From Octopus vulgaris (lineage: Eukaryota), in the NCBI GenBank assembly GCA_951406725.2, contig OX597822.1, positions 115,196,001-115,260,000 on the forward strand: a DNA stretch of 64,000 nucleotides, in the 5' to 3' direction. How positions within the stretch are numbered: position 1 is the stretch's first letter; every line of letters starts with the position of its first letter. Under the pieces are notes generated by a model. The model worked only from the letters and a program-made list of their open reading frames with translations, had not been told where the DNA came from and did not search any database. The translations under genes were made by a program, and so were the position numbers. Positions 25,630 through 43,672 of this stretch are shown here, piece after piece.

Positions 25630-27816
25630 CTAGTTACAGTAAAGTCTGTCGCATCAAAAGAAGTGCAGGAATTTTGGAATAAAATTTGGGCAGAAGAAAA
25701 AGCACTCAATGAAAAGGCTCCTTGGATTGATAGAATATCTACACACTCAGTCTCCTTAGAAGAGCAAAAGTGGGAGTGTATCAAGGTAGAGGATGTAAGA
25801 TCTGTTCTCAGGAAGTCAAGCAAATGGAACCCATCTGGTTGAATGTTTTCCAGCTTAGCAACAATGTATAAAATGCTAACATCTGTGTTGACTGAATATA
25901 CCTATAGTTTTTTTTTAATAGAAAATGGCATATTCCCTAATGAGCAAAAAGGATGTAAGCATGGGTTCTATGGTTGTAAAGATTAGCTACGATTGTCACA
26001 AGCAACACAAAAACTTGTCGATTGCCTGAATAGACTATAAAAAAGCTTTTGATAGCCTACCACATAGCTGGATTAAGAAATGTCAGGAAATGTATAAAAT
26101 AGCACCTACTCTGCGAAACTTCTCGACTGTAAGTATGAGACCATGGACAACTACACTGAATTTGAACAGTGGCAATGAATATCTTAGTGCGGGAGATGCA
26201 AGAATTTCATGTGGCATTTTCCAGGGTGCTTCTCTATCGCCACTTCTCTTTTGTTTAGCCTTAATACCTCTCTCGAAATTGCTCACTGATGTACAATACG
26301 GTTATAAATTTTTTGATAAAAATATAAATCATCTCATTTACATGGATGGTTTAAAGCTCTCTGCAAAAAATGACCAACAACTCCAGGGCTTACTAGCGAT
26401 TGTTAAACAATTCATTAATGGCCTCAGGATGCAATTTGGCCTCGATAAATGTGCAAAGGATATTTTTATCAAAGGCAAAATGACAGAAACATCTTATGTT
26501 AATCTTGACCAGCAGAATGTCATAAAGGAATTAGAACCAGTGGAGAGCTACAAATACCTTGGGGTATTTGAAGGAGACGGAATCAAACATTCAGCAATGA
26601 GGGAGAGGGTCAGATGAGAATGTTATCGCAGGGTAAGGGCAATACACAAGACAGAGCTGAATGCAAGAAACAGGATCGAAGTGATCAATAATTTAGCCAT
26701 ACCAGTCGTGACTTACAGTTTCAATATCATTCACTGGTCAATTACTGAAATATGTAATCTTGTCAGAAAAATATGAAAATTGCTAATGATGTATAGAATG
26801 CACCACCCTAAGACATAGAACGACTTTATCTTCCAAGAAAACAGGGTGGCCGTGGACTTTTACAACTGGAATTAACAATGAAGATTGCTACAATTGGCCA
26901 AAATCTCTGATGACTGGATGTGAAAACTTGACATGAAAACAAGATAGCATCATTCATAGATCATCCATGAAAACAAGAAAGCATCACACTCGGTAACAAA
27001 ATAGGCAAATAAATATCTAGAGGTGAATTCCAAATACAACAAATTCCAGAATTAGATGAACTAGAAACAAGCTCAGAAAAACTAAGTGTATGAAAACCCG
27101 AACTAAAACTACTGCCTTAGATATTCTTACTGATAAATGGCAAAAAAAAGCTCTCAATGACAAATACCCAAAGAAAACTAATATTGCTAATGTTGATAAA
27201 ACCCTTACTCATCAATGGCTAGTGACTTCTGGCTTAAAGTCAGAAACACAAGGGTTTATCATAGCAGCCCAAGATCAATGCCTACCTACAAGAAACTACC
27301 AGGCCAACATATTAAAGAACGGCAGTAGCCCAACATGTCGTGTATGTCGAAAACAAAATGAAACCACTGATCATGTTGTCTCTACGTGCAGTCCTCTTGC
27401 GCCTACAGAATATCTCAACAGTCATGATAGAGCAGCAATAGAAATTAGCAAAATGTAGAACATAAAGACTAAAACAATACCTTTGTCATGGGTGACCTAT
27501 GAATGATAGCAAAAGAGGCAAATTACTACCTAGCTCAAATACCAGGAACGCCAAAAATGGCAAAAATTCAAAAGATAGTGCTCATGGGAACTGCACATAA
27601 CCTACGTAAAATTCTGTCTATGTAATCTCATATTTTAAAACAAACTCATAAGTTTCTTGTTTTCTTAAACATTGTCTAGAACAATACTATGTGCAAAACC
27701 GAATATATGACACCTTAGGCATAACACAAACATGAACTGCTAACTTGTTGTCTCTTGAGGTCTCTGGGTGAGACTTGGAGCCATCTTGTACAAATACAAA
27801 GCAAAAGTCAAACATG
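25626..27816 (+). mobile_element. R4/Dong-like retrotransposon (family E), decayed, includes the RT domain
   Basis: IDYKKAFDSLPHSW, GIFQGASLSPLLF, HLIYMDGLKL, MQFGLDKC, YKYLG and a CCHC knuckle. Many stops and frameshifts; the RLE core is deleted near 27437. (AAT)n tail at 27817-28078. Confidence 0.9.
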
Positions 27817-27913
<97 letters not shown>

Positions 27914-27939
27914 TAAGAAGAATAATAATGATAATAATA

Positions 27940-28567
<628 letters not shown>

Positions 28568-28601
28568 AATAATAATGATAATAATAATAATGATAATAAT
28601 G

Positions 28602-28689
<88 letters not shown>

Positions 28690-29484
28690 TAATGTTTTCT
28701 TTATTCACCAGTAAGGGTTCATATAAAAAAATTGTAAATATAAAATGATGGTAAATAGGCAGCAATTTCGGTGAAGGAATGAGTCATTGACCCCAGCTGA
28801 TGTAAGGCTACGTTGACTTCAGCAGTGTTTGAACTGAGAATGTAAAGAGTTGGAACAAAACCCATAGAACATATTTCCGAAGCTCTAAAGATTCTGTCAT
28901 CTCACCATTGTTTATTAGTTACAAGAACTCGAAAGCAAACAATAAACCGCAGGAAACATTGACCAAGGAACTATAAATAAATGTGATGTAGAATATCGAT
29001 AAGTCACAGAAGGACAATAGTTGAGATGACATTTAATAACCAACATATAAAGAGATGAATGTATGTCAATGTATGTGCGTTTGTATGTATGTGTGTATGT
29101 ATGTACGTACGTACGTATGTATGTATTATGTCATTATTCACTTTAATTTCAAGAAGGTCCCTTCAGCGGAATTTCAAGATTAACAGGGTATTTTTCTATG
29201 TATGTGTGTATGATTTTCCTTTGAGACTTATTTAAGTTCTTGAGAGAGTTCAAGTCGATCGCTAACAAAGCAACAAGTCTTGTTGAGTTAAGAGATTTCC
29301 CGGTGTTTGTAACTTTGTGACTGAGTGGGATGTGCTGTTTGAACTTTCAATGCATACACCAAAGTTTATGCATCTTTTCATACAATAATCTCACCTTTTT
29401 TTGTAATGAGAATGTTTGTAATGTCTTACTAAGACATTTTGGGTAAACGTTCAGAGATTGTTGATTGATGCCTTTTCTCACTCT

Positions 29485-29800
29485 AACTGGCACTCCGTTG
29501 GTTAAGACGGCGAGAGTTTCAGCCAATAGTACAGCCTGCTCGTGAAATTAAGGTGCAAGTAGCGGAGCACTCCATAGACCGATGTATTCTTAATGGAATT
29601 CTCAGCATGATTCAGCATGACATAGAATGTGACGAGGCTGCTCTATTGAAATACCGGTACTACTCAATTTTGCCAAGTGGGTGGACTGGAGCAATGTGAA
29701 ACAAAGTATCTTGCTGAAGAACACCACGCACTGCTGGGAATCGAACTCAAAATCTTACGATCGTGAGCCGAAGACGCTAACCACTAAACCACGTGCCTTG
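29485..29800 (-). mobile_element. SINE family 3
   Basis: Reverse complement resembles 10494-10797. Confidence 0.78.
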
Positions 29801-30009
29801 AAAAAGCTTCAAAGACAAGCATCGTTTGATTTTTAGCATCTGTGTTTAGCTCTGTTTTATATGTTGCACATTACGGCTGACTCTAACCAAAAACGTCAAG
29901 ACACTGAATGAAGAATTATGATAATTCAAAGACTTATGGTAATAAGGGCTTTGGAACGTATAGTGAAAAAGGGTGGCTGGGCATATGCCCCAGAGCACCG
30001 TAGCCTTAC

Positions 30010-31600
30010 ATACCATCATCTTGCAACTTCAACAAAGTTTGATTGCAGGGATATTAAGACCTTATTTGATTATGAATCCTCTAGAAGGTGCCCGAAAGAA
30101 TAACAGCGTGATAGTAAAGGAGTTGCAGTGATACAACATGGATGTGATGGCCTTGTCTGAAATGAGACTCTCTGAAAGGGGTCACTTCACAAAGTAATCG
30201 TGTGGTTATTCGTTTTATTGGAGTGAGAGAAGGAAAGGGTACGAGAGGAAGCTTAGTGCAGCGTCTAGAGTAAAGAAATTCATTGTTTCTTGGTTGGAAG
30301 ATTTACGTGAATTTATTGATCGCTTGATACCAGTAAGGATGCCATTGTCAAATAACAGATTTGTTACCCGAGTGAGCACCTACGCTCCAACCATGCGTTC
30401 TTCTGAAGATGAAAAACTATCATTTTATTTGTTGCTAAAGGAGCTTGTCCGGAAGATTCCTTGTACTGATGAAATTGTCATACTTTATGATTTCAACGCT
30501 AAAGTTGGCAAGAATTACGAAACCTAGCATGTAATCGGAAAACATGGAATCGGAAAGTGCAATAGAATTGGTTTGTTACTGCTACAAATGTGTCAGGAAC
30601 TAGATTTGCGCATAGTAAGCACTATGTTCCAGTAGAAGCATTAACATAATACAACCTGGATGCATTCAGACTCGAAGCATTAAAAGAGAATTGATTTTCT
30701 TCTGGTTTGCGTGAGTGATGTTCGTAATGTGTGTAGCCTCCGCGTTACGCAAGGAGATGAATACTGAATTGGCTATCGCCTTGTTCGTGCGAAGATGAAG
30801 TTTATTATAAAACTGAAAGAACCCAGGATGTGACCATTCCAAAGAAACTAAATGTGATTTGTCTGAAAGTTGATATTATTAAGGAGGTTTTGGTGGAGAA
30901 AATGAATAGCGTTCAGTTCAATCATTCATGGGATGTGCTCAAAACGTTTTTGTATGGCGTTTGTAATGATTTTCTGTGTGTAGTGGAAAGAGAGCTTGAA
31001 GACTTGTGGGATGAAAATTATCAAATTCAGATACTTTTAGATGGAAAGAGTGCCCTTGATGGAGAGCCAGAAATGCATAGGAATGAAACAGTATACAAGG
31101 TGGTGATGTGTAAGATTCAGCATAGATTTCGTAGCTACAAGATGGAGGAAGAATTAACAGATTAGATTCAATCTATATCTGACTCCAACACTAGGAAGCT
31201 TCAGTATAATTTGTTGTGAGAGGTTTATAGGCCATATTCTCCTCACGTTACTCCTTTATGTACCCTAGATGGCAAATAATGGCTCAGGGATCCTGAAGAT
31301 ATTCTTGTCGGGAAGCAAGAACACTTTTAAATATGCCGACTCAATTTGATGAGTTTGTTGGCTTCATTCTCTACATAGCCCCCCCCCCCCCGCCACAAAA
31401 AAAAAACATATTGTAGATCCTGCTACTCTTATTGAACTTGAAAATGATGTAAAAAGCTAGATGGAGGCAAGTCGTCTGTGATAGAATCTCTTTGTATTGA
31501 GATCTTGAAATGTGGAAGTGAAAACTACCTTCAACATCTAATTTAATGCCGAAGGTTTGAATTGAATAGAGTGTTTCAAGAGACTAGAAAGAATGCAAAT
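30010..31600 (+). mobile_element. Decayed RTE-clade LINE, AP-endonuclease region
   Basis: YNMDVMALSEMRL, DRLIPVRMPL..VSTYAPTM, ILYDFNAKVG, GKHGIGKCN..GLLLL, TTWMH; many stops. Confidence 0.8.
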
Positions 31601-31840
31601 GTAAATCCAAATTGAACGAGTGGAGCATGTAAAATCCAGGCCACACGCTTCCTAGCCAGCAGATCCACCGATGTAATAATGACTCGCTGAGGGGTAGTTT
31701 GCTCGCTGTCGATCAGGCCGAAAATACTTTAATTATAAGAAGGTTACAGTAAGGAATCTCAAATTAACTCACTGAAGATATAAGTTGAAATTTCATAAGC
31801 GAATCATACGGCCCTTTAAAACATCATATATATATGTATA

Positions 31841-32056
31841 TATAAAATTAATTAATCTAAAAATACTGAGAAAAAACACAGGACAAAATAACAACGCGAG
31901 AACGCGGTACATGCAAAGTATTAAAAGACGCTCAGGGAAGGAAAGAATGGGGGTTTTACGTTTCGATCAAGGCCCTTCTTCAGAAACAGAAGGAAAAAGA
32001 AAGTCCAAGAGAAAAGGAAGACGGAGGTAAAAAAAAAATGGCCAACAATCCACATG
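31841..32056 (-). mobile_element. Short non-coding repeat containing a minimal hammerhead ribozyme motif (Penelope-like)
   Basis: Homologous to 32655-32845 in opposite orientation; minus strand gttt-CTGAAGA-A-gggccttgatc-GAAA-cg-TA-aaac at 31953-31987. Confidence 0.65.
31953..31987 (-). ncRNA. Minimal type I hammerhead ribozyme motif
   Basis: CUGANGA and GAAA boxes, palindromic ACGU stem III, GUA cleavage triplet, stem I GUUU/AAAC; stem II is imperfect. Confidence 0.6.
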
Positions 32057-32079
32057 TAATTAAATTTTGGAATATTCTT

Positions 32080-32475
32080 TCATTCTTTTATCGTTTTACT
32101 TGTTTCAGTTATTTCAGTGCGGCCACTTTGGTGCATCATCTTGAAGAATCGAGAGATAAAGGAATCAGCCCAGAATTTACTCCATTTCAACCAGCGACTT
32201 ATTTCATACGATTTGTCTCTTTTGCTGAACTGCTACTTTACGGGGTCCTACACATACCAACACCAGTTGTCAAGCGGCGGTAGGGGACAAGCAGACAGAC
32301 ACACGCACACACACACACACGCGCACACACGCGCACACACGCTCACACATATGTATATATAAATTTATCACGGGTTTCTTTCAGTTCCAAATCCACTCGC
32401 GATGCCTTGGTCAGCCTGAGGCTATTGTAGAAGACACTTGACCCAGGTGCCACGCAGAAGGACTGAATCCCGAAT
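32080..32475 (-). mobile_element. SINE family 1, diverged
   Basis: TTTTACTTGTTTCAGT ... AGAAGACACTTGACCCAGGTGCCACGCAG. Confidence 0.8.
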
Positions 32476-32654
32476 CACACACCCACGATCACTAGAAATC
32501 TAGTTAAGTGCAAGTGAATATGGTTTTGCTGATAAGGCCTAAAGAAATCGAAACATGTCCGCTCGTCAGTTGACTACAAGAACAAGTTCAACTCAAGACT
32601 GCATTGTTTGAATTTTTCAAAATTGCAGAACGAGTCCAAGAAAAGAGAAGATAT

Positions 32655-32840
32655 TTGGCGCCTTTCTTTTCCTCTGTCTTCCCTTCTCTGGATCTTTCCT
32701 TCTCCTAAGTTTCCGACGAAGAGCTCCGCTCGAAACGTTAGACCCTCCTTCTTCCCTTCTTTTCTGAGCGTCCAATAATACCATATTTGTTCCACGTCCT
32801 CGCGTTGTTGTGTTTTTTTTGTGTTTTCTTGTTTGGATTA

Positions 32841-32845
<5 letters not shown>
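32655..32845 (+). mobile_element. Second copy of the hammerhead-bearing short repeat, ending at (TA)n
   Basis: gttt-CCGACGA-A-gagc-tcc-gctc-GAAA-cg-TT-agac at 32709-32743; shares CTGAGCGTC and CTCGCGTTGTT with the reverse complement of 31841-32056. Confidence 0.65.
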
Positions 32846-32910
<65 letters not shown>

Positions 32911-32924
32911 CATACATACATACA

Positions 32925-32976
<52 letters not shown>

Positions 32977-33094
32977 GTGTGTGTGTGTGTGTGTGTGTAT
33001 CTATATATATATACTATATATATATATATATACATATATATAATTGTATATATTTGTATATATTTATATATTCATATACATATATTTTTATATA

Positions 33095-33130
<36 letters not shown>

Positions 33131-33139
33131 CATATATAT

Positions 33140-33204
<65 letters not shown>

Positions 33205-33531
33205 AGGAGTGAGTGAGTGATATATAGTTATATATATGTGCGTGTGTATGTGTGCACGCTTGTGTGTACATACACACACACACCATGTGTGGTTATATAT
33301 ATACATATATATATACAAACACACACCTGTATGTATGTATGTCTCCTGTGTGTATTCTGTTTGTATGTATATTTCATTTCAATCTGCAGAATTAGCAGCG
33401 CCCAGAGAAGGCATAAATATTTACATATATATTTATATATGCTTGCATACATACCACACATATAAAAATGCATAGGCAGCTCATACATATACGTACGCAT
33501 GCATGTATGTATGTATATCTGCATGCATGTA

Positions 33532-33567
<36 letters not shown>

Positions 33568-33573
33568 TGTATG

Positions 33574-33604
<31 letters not shown>

Positions 33605-33880
33605 TATGTACCAGCGTACGTGCGTACTAATAAATGTCGTGCACACTCACGCAGGTTACCCCTTGGACAAGCTTGCACACTTGCATATTCGTGTGTACAC
33701 CTGCACGCGCGTACATACACACACGCACATATTTACATACATATACACACACACATATATATATGTTCATACACATACGTACATACATTCATACACACAC
33801 ATATAAATACATGTGTATCTGTTCGTGAGTGTGTTCGTGTGTGTGTGTGTGTATGTGTGCGTGCGCGCACACACACACAT
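32845..33880. repeat. Extended (TA)n/(TACA)n/(TG)n simple-repeat field
   Basis: Read directly from the sequence. Confidence 0.93.
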
Positions 33881-34204
33881 ATTCTGTGTTTATTCCTGTT
33901 TGGTATAGGATTTATTTTTATTCTCTAGCCTCTCAGTAATTTGTATCTTGGTTGCCAATTAAAAAGAAGCGTATATGACAAGTGATTCTGTTTGACACGG
34001 CTGCGCAATCCCAGACGCCGGCTGATCTGTCATCACGGAACAATGAAATACTGAGGCTTGTCTTGGCTTCTGTAAAACCAGTCTCCCGGGAATTCCATAA
34101 TAACTTCGTTTGAACAGATTTGCTTCAGAAGTTTCCTGTGATAGACATAACAGACTTGGCCAGCACCTGCAGACATATTATAATGGTTTGAAGACGGAAA
34201 ATAA

Positions 34205-34297
34205 GAGAAGAGAAGAGAGAGAGAGAGAGAGAGGAAGACAGAGACAGACAGACACAAACAGACAGAGCGACAGAGATAGATAGATAGATAGATAGAT

Positions 34298-34381
<84 letters not shown>

Positions 34382-34382
34382 G

Positions 34383-34460
<78 letters not shown>

Positions 34461-34664
34461 CGGATAGATAGATAGGTAGGAGAGTAAAGAGATAGACAAA
34501 CAGAAAAAAAAGACAGAAAAAAAAGACAAACAGAATAGAGATGGCGAAGCATAGTGAAAGGGAATCGGGATTGAGAGCGAAGAAGAGAGCAGAATGAAAG
34601 AATTTCGGGAAATACAGAAGAAAACCCAAATGACAGAGAGAGTGAGCGAGAGAGAGAGACAGAC

Positions 34665-34722
<58 letters not shown>

Positions 34723-34933
34723 TGATCAAAGTACTGAAAGAAATAGTCGAATAGATGACAAGTAAGATGTAATTTGTGTGTATGTTTGTGTGGATCTTTG
34801 CGTAAATTACGTATGTGTTTGTGTGTTTGTGTGTGTGTATCGCAAGTTATTTCGTTGTAGTTATTTGGTTGTCTGTGTCTATATATTTATACGCACGCGC
34901 GCACACACACACATATACAGCTAGCTAGCTTCC

Positions 34934-35005
<72 letters not shown>

Positions 35006-35010
35006 CAGAC
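34205..35010. repeat. (GATA)n and (GA)n microsatellites
   Basis: Read directly from the sequence. Confidence 0.93.
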
Positions 35011-35459
35011 AGACATACGCGTCTTTGCGTGTGTGCATATGTCTAAAATAGATAGACAAAGGGGCAGGTATATAGATAGATAATTAGAGAGAGCAACAGA
35101 GATTTGAACCTTAGCTCCTCGTTTCGCGTTATCTACCGCGTTTATAGCCTCATGGGTGGATAGATAAAAACGGAAAAGCATTTGTCACGTGAAGAGTAGT
35201 ACAAAATAGAAGGATAGTTTATGATGAGGCTTCATAGAACGAATCGTGCTGAATACCTCCCCTAACCTGCCAACGCATTGGCGACGTTCCTCTAAGCACG
35301 TGACATTTAGAAATTACTCTTAATTTCTTGGATTTATCTCCCCTTTTTTTCTGGAACCCAAACAGTCAATTCTTGATTTTTTTATCCAGTCGATATGGTA
35401 ATTGAACGAATTAAAAATTACCCATATTTTTAGTTATGTAAATCTATTGCTAATAAATT

Positions 35460-35628
35460 AGGCGTAGCTGTGTGGTAAGAGGTTTGCTTTCCAATCAAAT
35501 GGTTCCGGGTTCAGTCCTATTGCGTGGCACACTGAGCGAGTTTCTTCTACTATGGTCTGAGGCCAACCAAAGCTTTATGAGCGGATTTGATAGAGGGAAC
35601 CCGAAAGAAGCCCACCGTATATATATAT

Positions 35629-35665
<37 letters not shown>

Positions 35666-35900
35666 TGCGTGTGTGTGTGCTTTTGTGTCTATATTCTTCA
35701 CCCACTACCGCTCCACAACCGCTGTTGGTGTGTTTACATCCCCGTTACTTAGCAATTCGGCAAAACAGGCCGAGAGAATATTACCAGGCTTAAAAAGAAA
35801 ATAATTACTGGAGTTGATTCACTCGACTAAAAATTTTTCAAGATGATGCTTCAATATGACAGCTGTCTACTGACTGATGCCAATAAAAGATAAAAGATAA
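35460..35900 (+). mobile_element. SINE family 1, diverged
   Basis: GCTGTGTGGTAAG..GGTTCAGTCC head; TAAAAGATAAAAGATAA tail. Confidence 0.82.
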
Positions 35901-35902
35901 TT

Positions 35903-36293
35903 ATATATATATAAAAGTGAAGTTGTGTCTGTCTCCCACGATTTCGATTCCTAATTACTCCCACATTTTGCGGTGCAGTGTAATCAAAAGCGGGTATTTT
36001 ATAGTCGTGATTCATATCGAGCCCTTCTGTGTATTAGCGCGCGTCTACGTTGAGTCTACGATTTAAAAAAAAATTACCATAATTTTTTCCCATTTTTTAT
36101 GCATTTTTTGCTATTATATAAGGGAAGTAACTCTCTAAAAATGTATTATTAAATCTCAGAGTGTAAAAAGCTACAGTAACACCCCTCCTTTGTGGTTAGC
36201 CATATTGAGATGGCTATTATACTTTACATCTCTAAAAATGGTTATATAGTTATTTCCCTTACAAACCCGAGCAACGCCGGGCGATACTGCTAG
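35903..36293 (+). mobile_element. Non-autonomous Helitron
   Basis: 3' end CCCGAGCAACGCCGGG hairpin followed by CTAG|T; terminus shared with 43673-44054. Confidence 0.75.
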
Positions 36294-36466
36294 TATATAT
36301 ATATATATATAGGATTTCTCATCAAGAGTAGAGTCCACAGTGATCCGTGTGTAGGAGAGGTGCAGCCGGAGGGTAAATATCCAAACATCTGTTTGTTTTG
36401 TACACCACCTGTCTTCGTCTTTTATTTCTTTCGTAAACTCTCCCTATACATACATACATACATACA

Positions 36467-36553
<87 letters not shown>

Positions 36554-36732
36554 CAAATTACAGTGAACGTAAACAAACAAACGAAGTTTGCTTTAGAAGC
36601 GTTGAAATGTCTTAGAAAGTTAAAGAAGTGATTTTAAATTCCCAAACGCAGGATAATGCTAATAATCTAGCCTGAACAGGATAAGCTACCCCTATTTTGC
36701 AGAAAAAAGTGTTGGCAACCGGCTAATATATA

Positions 36733-37122
36733 TTCTTTTATTCTTTTACTTGTTTCAATCTTTTGACTGCGGCGATGCTGGAGCACCGCCTTTAGTCGAA
36801 CAAATCGACACCAGGACTTATTCTTTGTATGCTTAGTACTTATTCTATCCGTGTTTTTCGCCGAACTGCTAGATTACGGAGACGTAAACACACCAACATT
36901 GATTGTCAAGCGATTCTGGAGCACAGGCACGCACTTATACACAAACACACGCATGTATCGACGAGCTTCTTTCAGTTTCCGCCAACCAAATCTACTCACA
37001 AGGCTTTGGTCTGGATTGAGGCTATAGTAGAAGACACTTACCCGAGGTACCACGCACGGGTCCGTACCCGGAACCATGTGGTTAGGTACCAAGCTTCTTT
37101 CCACACAGCCTCTTCTGCGCCT
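36733..37122 (-). mobile_element. SINE family 1
   Basis: Head-to-tail match to the family. Confidence 0.87.
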
Positions 37123-37620
37123 ATAGCAGTAATTCGCACACATACACACACACACACATACAAACCTTTGTCAGTTGAGCAGGCAAGCTTAAGTAGATAT
37201 ATTAATCTGATGTTAATAAGCCGAAACATATGTCCATAGTTATCTTTTGTCCCCTAACAATGATGAAACACCGCTCTAAGCTTATAAACTAACTTTCAGA
37301 AATTAATTTTTCTAAAATTATCTTCCCTTATTTTGGGAGCTGCATGTACAATTCTACGTAGGGTTTTGTTTCCTTTCTTCAAGGTGGAGCATTGAATGAA
37401 TTAAGAATTTCCTTGTGCGGTACTCAGTACATTCACGTGACTGTGGAGTGCTCAGCCACTTGCACGTTAATTTCACGAGCAGGCTGTTCCGTTGCTCGGA
37501 TCAACCGGAACCCTCGTCGTCGTCGTCGTAACCGGCAGAGGACCAACAGAACGCAGTACGTTACTCCTTTACTTTCTATTACACAAAATAACGTTAACTG
37601 GGGAGAGAGACAGAGAGGAT

Positions 37621-37665
<45 letters not shown>

Positions 37666-37954
37666 GAGCGAGAGAGAGAGAGAACGAGAGAGAGAGAGAA
37701 AAGAGAGAAAATGAAAGAGAGAGAATGACGAAGAATAAAAGAGGAAAAGAGAGAAAGATAGAGAATTAGTAAAGGAAACGAGAGAGAGAGAAAGGGAGAG
37801 ACCAGGTACTCTGTCATTCTTGTGATACTCATTTTCGCCGGTGAAGTGAAATGGAACAACGTGATATACAGTGTCTTGTCAAAGAGCATAGAATACCCCT
37901 GGGACTGGGAATCGAACCGACGATCTGATTACCGAGCAGCCAATATAATATTTT

Positions 37955-38350
37955 CTATCATAGCCACTGGACGACTAAAGCTTCCTGGGTGGATTCGGTG
38001 GACGGAAACTGAAAGAAAGCAATCGTATGTTTAAATATGTATGAATCTATATATATGTGTGTGTGTGCGCGCGCTTGTGTATGTATATATAGATAGATAG
38101 ATAGATAGATGTGTGTATATATATGTGTGTTTGTGTGTGCGTTTGTGTTTGAGTTTGTCCTCCACCATCGCTTCACAACAAGTGGCGGTTTGTTTACGTC
38201 CCCATAACGTATCAGTTCGGCAAAAAAAAAAGGAAGAAAATTCATAGAATAAGTACCAGACTAAATACCGGGATACATTTGATCGACTAAAACCCTTCCA
38301 GGCGGTGCTCCAGCATGGTCACAATCCAATGACTGAAACAAGTAAGAAGG
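37955..38350 (+). mobile_element. SINE family 1, 5'-truncated
   Basis: GACGGAAACTGAAAGAA ... GCGGTGCTCCAGCATGG..GACTGAAACAAGTAA. Confidence 0.82.
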
Positions 38351-38998
38351 GAAAGACAGAAGAGCAAAAACAACAACAATAAAATCCAGTATGGCCGACG
38401 AGAGAGCAAGAGATTGCAGAGGGAAATTTTGAGGCATAAATACAACGCTTATGTAACAATACAGAATAGTCTTTAGCCGTTCTTTAAATGTTTTGTGGTC
38501 TTGTGTCATCCTAATAAATCAATAAAGGTATTTATCTATATACTTTTTTTGCTCTCTCTTTTACATGAGTAGAAAGCGTGAAATATATAAAATTCGTAAC
38601 AAAAGTGTTTCGCTATTTTGATGTATTTTCTCAAAGTTGAACGCAGGACTGAAATACTGAATCACGTGCACCTCTTCATATATTTTCTCTGAGGTGAATT
38701 TTTCGACGGGAAAGTTCTGAAACATTTTTTTTTTTTTTTGCTTTGGTTTTTTTTTTTTTTTTTTTTTCACAAACTGGGAATCAAAACTTGTTCGCTAATG
38801 TGGTGAGGATTCCTGGTGCTCTTAGCTCGATTCTTCACTGTCGTTGGTCACAGGGCGTGCATAGAAAGAAAAGTAAAAGCAAACACTTACAGGAAATTTG
38901 TTAATGTGCAAAATGTTTGAACATATTTACATTTCTATTCATATTACGGCGTACAAAGGACTTTGAAAACGACCGATATGGTATAATGATCAGGGCCG

Positions 38999-42539
<3,541 letters not shown>

Positions 42540-42540
<1 letters not shown>

Positions 42541-43670
42541 AGAGTGTTCATTTCACACCTTAACAAACAATTGATAACTCACTTAATTTGCAATTTCTTT
42601 TTCAAGTTTCGCTCATTATAAATAATGAAGCAATCCTGGCTAAGTTTTAAAGAAAGGAAATCCCTATAAAAGGGCTACTCGAAGTTTGGAAATGCAATTG
42701 ACGTGAAAAGACAGTTCTGGATGGAGTTTCAAACAGATCCTCGTATGCAACTTATAACCCGATTTAGAGATAAGTTTGAAATTGACAGGACCGTTCTGAA
42801 CGTCCTCTGCAAATGTTCCAGAAGAGTGTGAACATCGACAATCTCCACAATACAGGAAAGAGTACCAATAACGCATTGCCAGATTTTAAGAAAATCTGTG
42901 CAACAAGCGATTCATGAAATAGAGACTTCAGAATTCAAGCATCCATTTTGAATTACTCGCACTGGAAAAGTTTTATTTTGATATTAGTTCATGCACTCAA
43001 TGAAAATATTCGGAACCAAAGTTGGACTTTTTGAGTGGCATTTGACAGAATGTGTGAAAGATTCCCATTTTCCAACCCAGAGTCTATATTTTAAAATAAG
43101 TTGTTCGAAACATTTGCACCTAATAGGGGCCTGAAAAACTGTATGCTGTGGAAGAACATCATGTTAATTTACCATGGGTTGTAATATGGTGAGGTTTATC
43201 GTCAAAACTGGACCATTCTTTTTTCACGGTCCTGTGACTTGTTGTGGCACCCTGCCATTCTTAACATTTAAAAGGGCTTTGAGATGTGCAGTTTATTGAT
43301 AGCAAGATGAGCCACCTTAAAATTACAACAGAATTATAAGGGCCCACATTGATGAGATTTTACCAAACAGGTGAATCACATGAAAAGCTTCGATAGCACA
43401 AACTCTGCATTCCCCAGATCTCAAATCACTCGACTTCTTTTATGGGGATGCATAGGCGATCAAGTTTACAGTGCAAAACCTTAACACACGACCGACCGAG
43501 AGCAGCCATTGGACGGGAATACGCACGAACACCGAAAGAAAAGCTTCGGATTCCATTGCTTCCCGTTAGCCGCGGTGCTTAGAGCAGGATGGCCATCAGT
43601 TTGAGAAGCCTTCATGAAATAATATTAGATTTAGTCTCTAGATTATATTAGGGTTGGAAATGAAGCGCAT
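42540..43670 (+). mobile_element. Highly decayed Tc1/mariner-superfamily transposon
   Basis: HSPDLKSLDFF..WGCIGDQVYSAKP near 43408-43480; TGPFFF; degenerate TIRs (TA)CAGAGTGTTCATTTCACACCTTAA / TTAGGGTTGGAAATGAAGCGC. Confidence 0.7.
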
Positions 43671-43672
43671 TA

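Noticed and set aside
34033-34729. Hydrophobic ORFs (SIYL repeats) resembling membrane proteins
   Set aside because: Translation of (TCTA)n and (TC)n repeats
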